This document shows positions 57,543 through 64,000 of a stretch of DNA of 64,000 nt, in pieces (the first letter of the stretch is position 1; each line of letters begins with the position of its first letter). The notes under the pieces are model-generated. The model was not told the DNA's origin. It saw nothing but the letters and a program-made list of their open reading frames with translations, and made no database searches. The DNA lies in assembly GCA_964545575.1 (NCBI GenBank), contig CAZJFL010000005.1:8617-72616 (forward strand). Direction: 5' to 3'. Made by a program: the position numbers and the translations under genes. Source of the DNA: an uncultured Planctomycetales bacterium (GTDB lineage Bacteria; Omnitrophota; Gorgyraeia; Gygaellales; Profunditerraquicolaceae).

Positions 57543-57966
57543 CGGTTTTAGCCTTCCGGAATTGATGCTGGCGGTGGCGATCCTTGCTTTTGTGCTGACG
57601 GGGATGCTCCTGCTTTTTATCAACTGCATAATAATAAATTCGACAAGCCGCTACCTGACCATTGCCACGAGCCATGCCGAATTTGTGATGGAGGATATAA
57701 GAAACAGCACTACCACTAGCGCCAATTTTAATTCTACCCGCGATGACATTATAAATAATAATCCTAATAACTGGGATTGGGATACGGCAACTATTAATAA
57801 TAAAGGCCTGGTTGCCTTAAGTGGTGAAAATATCGATACCTCAGGGACAGTCATAAACTCAACTCTCCTAGGCGATCTCCTCAAAATTACTGTCACAGTA
57901 AACTGGCAGGACAGGGCAGCGGTAGAAAGGAATACGACACTGGAAACCTTTATTGCGACGCCATGA
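57511..57966 (+). CDS. Minor pilin (PilV-like)
   Basis: SG|FSLPELM motif; C-terminal KITVTVNW. Confidence 0.8.
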   Translation: MFLKNVIKKNSGFSLPELMLAVAILAFVLTGMLLLFINCIIINSTSRYLTIATSHAEFVMEDIRNSTTTSANFNSTRDDIINNNPNNWDWDTATINNKGLVALSGENIDTSGTVINSTLLGDLLKITVTVNWQDRAAVERNTTLETFIATP

Positions 57967-58496
57967 AAGGCATAACATTAGTAGAAATTTTGCTCACTGT
58001 CTTGATCACGAGCTTTATCGTCGCAGCTATATACGGCACCCTGACCACGGGCAACCTGACCTATCTCACTGATATGGGTATGCTGGATTTGCAGCAACAG
58101 GCGCGTCAGGGCATGGACAGGATGCTGCGCTATATCAGAGAGACCAGCGGCGCAAATATAACTTCTATAGTCCAGGATCCCCCTTCAATTACTTTTAAAC
58201 TCAACAATATCTTTACCGGCAATGTTTCGACCAGCATTACCTATAGCCTGGATCAAACTAACCACATTATTAATTTTAACAGTACTCCGGCTATACCCGG
58301 TTATAACATACCCAAAATAGCAACCGGCATAACTTCATTGAGTTTCTTCTGCTGCCCGGGAGGTGTCAACTGTGGTACCAGTTGCGACGCCAGTACTACC
58401 GTAGTGCAAATTCAAATCGTAGCTAACAGCACTGTAATGAACAAGCCTTTGGCATTTAACCTAACCGAGAAAGTGAGGTTGAGAAATGGGAATTAA
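57963..58496 (+). CDS. Minor pilin (PilW/PulJ-like)
   Basis: KG|ITLVEIL; LQQQAR..MDRM.R.IR; C-terminal VRLRN. Confidence 0.82.
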   Translation: MKGITLVEILLTVLITSFIVAAIYGTLTTGNLTYLTDMGMLDLQQQARQGMDRMLRYIRETSGANITSIVQDPPSITFKLNNIFTGNVSTSITYSLDQTNHIINFNSTPAIPGYNIPKIATGITSLSFFCCPGGVNCGTSCDASTTVVQIQIVANSTVMNKPLAFNLTEKVRLRNGN

Positions 58497-59679
58497 TAAT
58501 AGGCGCGGTATAACACTCTTAGCTGCATACCTGGTAATAGCAGTCCTGGCTATTTTAGGCACTGCCTTTGTGGTGCGCAGCATCTCCGAAGGCCTGACCA
58601 TAAAAAAACATGCGGATTCAAGCAACGCTTTTTGGATTGCGGAGACGGGTATACAGAAAGCCTTGTGGGAGAAAAATTATAACAATTGCGCAAACTGCAC
58701 TAGTTGTGGTTCCAGCCTTTGCCTGAATGGAAATTTAGCTTCGGGTAGCTATAGTGTGACTATCAGCGGTACGGTAATTACCTCAGTTGGCACTTCTTCT
58801 CTGGGCGCAATCAGGAGAATCAGGGTTGATACCATAGGCGGCTCTCCGTTTACTTATGCGATGTTCGGGGCAAGCTCCATATATATGACAAACAACGCCC
58901 ATACCGACAGCTATGATTCTTCCTTAGGGCCTTACGGCGGCGATAACGCATATCATAACGGAGACGTCGGCACTAACGGCACGGCTACGGGCGCGATAAC
59001 CATATTAAATAACGGCGTCATAGAAGGAGATGCTAATACCGGCCCGGGAGGGACAATCGAGAAGTCGCAAAATGCCGAAATTACCGGAGATATAACCCAC
59101 GACAATAATATCTCATTACCTCTGGTTTATGCCCCGCAGGGTTTTACTACAGAGCCCGGAGGAGACCTGAATGTGTCCGGAGACGAGACGCCGACGCTTA
59201 ATTCAGGCGATTATAGATACAACTCCATAAGCATAAGCAATAATGCCATATTGACTATCAGCGGCACGGTAAGAATTTATGTGACCAGCACCGCTCAAGC
59301 GCTAGAGATCCTCAATAACGCGCATCTCAATATCGCTAGCGGGGCTAATTTAGTCCTTTATAGCGACGGTAAGTGCGATCTGGGCAATAACGGATTAGTG
59401 AATAATACTGCAAAGCCGGAGAATTTTGTCTTATGGAGCGCTTATTCCGGAAGTAACGGCGTGCAGATTAACAATAACGGAAATATGTACGGCGTAATCT
59501 ATGCCCCCAACGCAAACATCTCGGTTACTAATAACGGCAGCATATTCGGCTCTATTATAGGAAATGAACTGAGTGTTTCAAATAACGCGCATGTTCATTA
59601 CGACGAACATTTACCTCAGGTGTTATCTTATCCGGAAGGAAATTCCAAGATTTCCGTTAAGAACTGGCAGGAACTATAA
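58486..59679 (+). CDS. PilX-like minor pilin with Asn-rich beta-solenoid C-terminal domain, copy 1
   Basis: RG|ITLL (no E5), AFWIAETGIQKA, TDSYDS, YGVIYAPNA, HYDE.L, NWQE. Confidence 0.8.
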   Translation: MGINNRRGITLLAAYLVIAVLAILGTAFVVRSISEGLTIKKHADSSNAFWIAETGIQKALWEKNYNNCANCTSCGSSLCLNGNLASGSYSVTISGTVITSVGTSSLGAIRRIRVDTIGGSPFTYAMFGASSIYMTNNAHTDSYDSSLGPYGGDNAYHNGDVGTNGTATGAITILNNGVIEGDANTGPGGTIEKSQNAEITGDITHDNNISLPLVYAPQGFTTEPGGDLNVSGDETPTLNSGDYRYNSISISNNAILTISGTVRIYVTSTAQALEILNNAHLNIASGANLVLYSDGKCDLGNNGLVNNTAKPENFVLWSAYSGSNGVQINNNGNMYGVIYAPNANISVTNNGSIFGSIIGNELSVSNNAHVHYDEHLPQVLSYPEGNSKISVKNWQEL

Positions 59680-59739
59680 AATGTTTTTTAAAACTCTTAA
59701 ATTTAGCCGCTAGTTTGGCTAAGAAAGGGAGGCCGGAAG

Positions 59740-61077
59740 ATGAAAATAAATAATAAACGCGGGATAGCCCTGATAGCCGCTTATATGGTGATTGCGGTTT
59801 TGAGTTTCTTGAGCGCTGCCTTTGTGATCAGGAGCACTTCTGAGAGCCGGACAATTCGCGGGTATGAAAATTCCAACAAGGCATTCTGGCTTGCAGAGGC
59901 CGGTATCCAGAAGGCGCTCTGGGACATAAATTATAATGGCTGCAGCCAGTGTTGCGGTGTGCCTTACACGGCCTGTACTCACGCCTGTTCTACGCCGTGG
60001 TGCATGCAGATCACTGCCGATGGTTATGATGTGAAAAAAGACGGCTCGACGATTATTTCCACTGCTACTGTCGGGGAGGCTCCGTCTCCGCGGGTCACGC
60101 GCACAATTCAGGTAACGCTTGGCACCGGCACAACGCCCAAACCTTTTACTTCTCCGATTTTTGGAAATTCCTCGATACATATGTATCAGAATGCATTGAC
60201 GGATAGCTACGATTCTTTAAAAGGACCTTACGAGGACCAGCTCGGGGCTAATCGTTCAATGAATGGCAGTGTAGGTACAAACGGAAGTATGCCAGGAGTT
60301 GTCACCATAGATAATAACGGCTATATATATGGCATGACAACTACCGTAGGAGGAACAGTAGAGAAGGCTAATGGCGCTTACATTTATTGCCAAGCTTGCC
60401 CACTAGGCGGAGAAGAATGCGAGAACGACTGTATAAACAATCTTGCTAAGACTCGGGATTTACCTCTTATCGATGCTCCTGATGAGCTTAAAAACGCGCT
60501 TACTGAAGGGCCATATACGGTTCTTAAGAGTGCGTCCGCGATTTTACCCATGGGCGACCACCGTTATGATTCAATTAACATAGGGATTGGTGGGACATTG
60601 AATGTCAGCGGTAAGACGCGGCTCTACCTTACCGCGGCACAAGCAATAGATATTGGTAATAATGGAGTAATCCATATTATGCCGGGAGCCAGCCTGACAA
60701 TCTATACTACAGGTTCCGCTAATCTGGGGAATAACGGTTTGTTCAATGATACGCAATTTCCGAAGAATTTCATACTTTACAGCACGTATTCCGGGCCAAA
60801 CGTAATGACTATTTCTAATAACGTTGATTGGTACGGAGCGATTTATGCCCCTAATACGAATATAACAATCACTAATAACGGCCGCCTCTTTGGCGCTATC
60901 GTGGGCAACAATCTTAATGTTTTTAACAATGCGCAAATTCATTTTGACGAACAGCTCCAGACTGTAACGGGAACAGAAACACCCCCCCCCTCGGAGAAAC
61001 CATCCATAACCAGCTGGCAGGAATGCAAGTACCCAGACTGTCATCAAGACCTAGGCGGAGGCGCGGGAGGCCTGTAA
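59740..61077 (+). CDS. PilX-like minor pilin with Asn-rich beta-solenoid C-terminal domain, copy 2
   Basis: RG|IALI, AFWLAEAGIQKA, TDSYDS, YGAIYAPN, HFDE.L, SWQE. Confidence 0.8.
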   Translation: MKINNKRGIALIAAYMVIAVLSFLSAAFVIRSTSESRTIRGYENSNKAFWLAEAGIQKALWDINYNGCSQCCGVPYTACTHACSTPWCMQITADGYDVKKDGSTIISTATVGEAPSPRVTRTIQVTLGTGTTPKPFTSPIFGNSSIHMYQNALTDSYDSLKGPYEDQLGANRSMNGSVGTNGSMPGVVTIDNNGYIYGMTTTVGGTVEKANGAYIYCQACPLGGEECENDCINNLAKTRDLPLIDAPDELKNALTEGPYTVLKSASAILPMGDHRYDSINIGIGGTLNVSGKTRLYLTAAQAIDIGNNGVIHIMPGASLTIYTTGSANLGNNGLFNDTQFPKNFILYSTYSGPNVMTISNNVDWYGAIYAPNTNITITNNGRLFGAIVGNNLNVFNNAQIHFDEQLQTVTGTETPPPSEKPSITSWQECKYPDCHQDLGGGAGGL

Positions 61078-61080
61078 AAC

Positions 61081-62079
61081 ATGGATTTATTTAAGCCCAA
61101 AGAAAAATTTTCGCTGGGGCTGGATATCGGCACCTCCCAGATAAAGCTGGTAAAATTAAAGCTGGGCAAGGATACGACCGAACTTTGCGCCTTTGCCATT
61201 GAGCCGTTTCAGGACAGCCCGCTGGCGGCGTTAAAGAAAATTGCCGCGGCAGAAGCGGTTAAGAAAGTAAACATCTCTGTTTCCGGCCCCGCGGCAATTA
61301 TCAGGTATGTAAACCTGCCCCGCATGAACACGGAAGAGCTGAGGCAGTCATTAAAGTTCGAGGCGGAAAAACATATTCCCTTCCCCGCATCCGAAGTAAA
61401 TACCGATGCCTCTATTTTAAAAGCCGACTTACCGGATAATAAAATGCTGGTTTTGATCGCCGCGGTAAAAAAAGAGTTCGTCAACCAGCGCATAAAATTA
61501 GTCGAAGAGGCCGGTTTAAAAGTTAATGCCATAGATATCGATTCGCTCGCCATTATCAATGCCTTTAATTTCAATTATCCCGGAAGCGATAATCCTAAGG
61601 CCGTGGGGTTATTGAATATCGGCGCGACCTATAGCAACCTCAATATTCTGGAGGGGGCTCTCCCGCGCCTGAGCCGCGATATACATATTGCCGGAAATAG
61701 CTTTACGCGGAAGGTTTCCGATGCCCTGACTTTGGACAAGGAGCCTATAGAGGCATTAAAGGTCAGCCCGGATAAAGAGCATGCCGATAGGTCAAGCGCT
61801 AGTGTTGACGCATCTTTTTTGCAATTAGTCGGTGAAATAAGGACATCTTTCGATTATTATGAAAGCCAGAGCGCTTCTTCCGTAACCAAGATTTTCTTAA
61901 GCGGGGGAGCCAGCCTTTTTCCCGGGCTTAAGGATAACTTGGCTAATATGTTGGGCATAGAAGTAGATTATTGGGACCCCATAAAGCAGCTCACTCTTTC
62001 CAGCAGAGTCGATAGAGAAGCCATAAAAGCAGTGTCTCTGGAATTAGCCACGGCAGTAGGCCTGAGTTTGCGTTTTTAA
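61081..62079 (+). CDS. pilM: Type IV pilus assembly protein PilM
   Basis: LGLDIGTSQIK, FEAEKHIPF, LNIGA, FLSGG, AVGLSLR. Confidence 0.92.
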   Translation: MDLFKPKEKFSLGLDIGTSQIKLVKLKLGKDTTELCAFAIEPFQDSPLAALKKIAAAEAVKKVNISVSGPAAIIRYVNLPRMNTEELRQSLKFEAEKHIPFPASEVNTDASILKADLPDNKMLVLIAAVKKEFVNQRIKLVEEAGLKVNAIDIDSLAIINAFNFNYPGSDNPKAVGLLNIGATYSNLNILEGALPRLSRDIHIAGNSFTRKVSDALTLDKEPIEALKVSPDKEHADRSSASVDASFLQLVGEIRTSFDYYESQSASSVTKIFLSGGASLFPGLKDNLANMLGIEVDYWDPIKQLTLSSRVDREAIKAVSLELATAVGLSLRF

Positions 62080-62081
62080 AA

Positions 62082-62657
62082 ATGATAGAGATAAACCTTC
62101 TACCTCAGGAATTAAAACATAAACCTAAGAAACCGGGTATCGACTTTGAGTCTAAAGAGACGCTTTATTTTATCCCGCTTGTTGTAGGTGTAATTTTAAT
62201 CCTGCATGTTTTCCTTGGCGGCATACTTGTTTTAAGGAATTTTCAGGCTGTCGGGATGAACGCAAGATGGCAGAAATTGGAGTCGCAAAGAAAGGCCTTG
62301 GAGGTTTTTCGCAGCGAAGCCGCGCATCTTTCGGCGGATGCCTTAGCCCTGCAGCAAATCCATGATAAAACCATAAAATGGGCCCCGAAATTAAACAAAC
62401 TAAGCCTTGATTTACCCTCGGGGATATGGTTCAGGAGCATTAATTTTACCTCCAATCTTCTGGACATCCGCGCATCGGTGGTATCCCTAAAGATGAGCGA
62501 GTTGGTTCTGATTAACCAGTACATAGATAATCTTAAGAAAGATAATGATTTCTTTGCCGATTTCTCAAAACTTGACCTTGATTCCGTGGAAAAAAAGAAA
62601 ATCGGCGGCTACGAAATAGCCGAATTCTCACTGGCCGCTAAGCCGAAAGAAAAATGA
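62082..62657 (+). CDS. pilN: Type IV pilus assembly protein PilN
   Basis: MIEINLLP, single TM helix, LP.GIW. Confidence 0.88.
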   Translation: MIEINLLPQELKHKPKKPGIDFESKETLYFIPLVVGVILILHVFLGGILVLRNFQAVGMNARWQKLESQRKALEVFRSEAAHLSADALALQQIHDKTIKWAPKLNKLSLDLPSGIWFRSINFTSNLLDIRASVVSLKMSELVLINQYIDNLKKDNDFFADFSKLDLDSVEKKKIGGYEIAEFSLAAKPKEK

Positions 62658-63220
62658 CGCAGATATTAAGCAAATTACAAAATTTTCCCCTCGATAAGAA
62701 GAAAATAATAGCGATCCTGGCCTTTGTCGCAGTGCTTGTTTTCTTAGACGTGTCTTTTATAATCAAGGCACAGATTAAAAGCATAAAGAATGTTTCGGGA
62801 AAAGTCGCAAATTTAAAGAAAAAAATTGATACACTAAACAATGAGCTCGCCCTAATGAAGCAGGTGCAGGTAGAACGCAAACTTAAGGTGCCGCCCAAGG
62901 TAAAAAAAATAATTTCCGGAAGCGACCTTCCCGCTCTGATACAGGATATAGATGCGCTGGCAAAGAAGAATAACGTCAGAGTCACCCAGATAAAACCCGG
63001 TTGGAGCATGGGCGATCAAAAAATCGCCGTCGGTAATTTCTCCCCGGTTTCCATACTGCTGGAGATGAATTGTAATTACCATCAGTTCGGCAGCTTTATA
63101 AATGATTTAGAAAATGCGCAGAATTTTATAGCGGTTGAACAGATGGAGATCGTGCCGCTTGGGAATGATTGTTTTCAGCAAAAGATAAAGCTTCTTTTAA
63201 GGACATATGTTAAAAAGTAG
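62654..63220 (+). CDS. pilO: Type IV pilus assembly protein PilO
   Basis: TM helix plus coiled coil, NYHQFGSFINDLE; position in pilMNOPQ. Confidence 0.85.
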   Translation: MTQILSKLQNFPLDKKKIIAILAFVAVLVFLDVSFIIKAQIKSIKNVSGKVANLKKKIDTLNNELALMKQVQVERKLKVPPKVKKIISGSDLPALIQDIDALAKKNNVRVTQIKPGWSMGDQKIAVGNFSPVSILLEMNCNYHQFGSFINDLENAQNFIAVEQMEIVPLGNDCFQQKIKLLLRTYVKK

Positions 63221-63617
63221 GATTAGTTCGGGGTTCAGCGTTCAGCGTTCAGTGCTTTTCGTCATAGGTATTTTGTTATTTTCTTCATTGCTAAAGTTTT
63301 CTTTAGCGCAAAACGATTATGTTTATGACTCAAAAGGCAAGCGCGACCCTTTTATTCCTCTGGTAAGCCCCGCAGGTGTGTTGGTGAAATTAGATAAGGA
63401 TGAAGGGACGGTGGCGTCTGAGCTAAAAATCGAGGGTATCATCTTCGACAAAAACGGAGCCTCCTATGCCATTGTGGGCGCAAAAGTAGTCAGGGTCGGG
63501 GATTCAATCACCGACGGATGCCAAGTTTTAAAAATAGAACAGGATAAAGTTATTTTTATTAAAGAGGGCGTGCCTTTGGAGATCCATTTGAAGGAGGATA
63601 GCAATAATGCTAAATAG
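63207..63617 (+). CDS. pilP: PilP-like protein
   Basis: KRDPFIPL, L.IEGII, A.....VRVGD.I; between pilO and the secretin. Confidence 0.75.
   Translation: MLKSRISSGFSVQRSVLFVIGILLFSSLLKFSLAQNDYVYDSKGKRDPFIPLVSPAGVLVKLDKDEGTVASELKIEGIIFDKNGASYAIVGAKVVRVGDSITDGCQVLKIEQDKVIFIKEGVPLEIHLKEDSNNAK
63226..63253. repeat. Heptamer array GTTCGGG GTTCAGC GTTCAGC GTTCAGT in pilP N-terminus
   Basis: Read directly; encodes SGFSVQRS. Confidence 0.88.
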
Positions 63618-64000
63618 GCTCAAAGTTATTAAGTTTATAAGACGGGCTTTTTTAAGTTTGGCCTGTGTTGCTTTTTTGATCACCGTTGGTTTTGCCGAAG
63701 TAAATAACGAAGAGACAAACACAACTGCAGAGGCCCAGATCCAGCAGGAGACAGCTAGCGTTCCGCCGCAGTTTCAGCCCGGCATATCGGAGAATTTATC
63801 CGCGTCAGAAAACGTGACTATGGATTTTAAGGATGCCGATATCCAGAATGTCTTAAGGATTATTTCCTATAAAGCAGGCGTCAATATCGTCACTACGCCG
63901 GAAGTCATGGGAAACGTAACCATAAGATTGGTGGATGTGCCCTGGGAAGAGGCGCTGGATATAATATTAAAAACTTACGGCTTTAGTTATCAGAAGCAGG
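63607..64000 (+). CDS. pilQ: Secretin PilQ, 5' end (partial)
   Basis: Manual translation MLNRLK...VTMDFKDADIQNVLRII...VNIV...GNVTIRLVDVPWEEALDIILK; SD AAGGAGG; open to the window end. Confidence 0.88.
   Translation, partial: MLNRLKVIKFIRRAFLSLACVAFLITVGFAEVNNEETNTTAEAQIQQETASVPPQFQPGISENLSASENVTMDFKDADIQNVLRIISYKAGVNIVTTPEVMGNVTIRLVDVPWEEALDIILKTYGFSYQKQ

Noticed and set aside
159-63722. All minus-strand ORFs and short alternative-frame plus-strand ORFs in the track
   Set aside because: They overlap well-supported plus-strand genes and show no recognisable motifs; treated as shadow ORFs.

Overview
Gene-dense bacterial chromosome segment with all ~64 credible genes on the + strand. It comes from a diderm organism (LptD, SurA-like, SPOR protein, secretin). 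Gene order and protein style suggest Candidatus Omnitrophota (OP3) or a relative, but that is inference. Content: end of a his cluster running into trpE; rpsP-yajC-secDF; a minimal mfd; surA-pdxA-rsmA; polA, glgA, coaE; rho-rpmE-prfA-prmC-murA; trpGDCFBA; a small AT-richer glycosyltransferase islet; miaB-miaA-hflX; CIRCE-controlled hrcA-grpE-dnaK-dnaJ; two tandem diguanylate cyclases; lptD; four nucleotide-sugar genes; and a type IV pilus locus (two near-identical pilins, a TMTC-like GT-C/TPR glycosyltransferase, minor pilins, two PilX-like proteins, pilMNOPQ). I saw no rRNA, tRNA, CRISPR array or transposase gene. Main signals not explained by annotation: (1) eight sites inside ORFs carrying short 7-nt tandem arrays, nearly all with four units. 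GTTCnnn/GAACnnn arrays lie in hisF, pdxA, prmC, miaB and pilP, twice as inverted pairs. TTTGnnn arrays form signal-peptide cores. (2) Several small palindromic non-autonomous elements. (3) Two structured non-coding regions ahead of the pilin genes, one with two mutually exclusive folds. (4) A possible TMTC-like pilin glycosylation system. (5) An archaeal-type DnaK.
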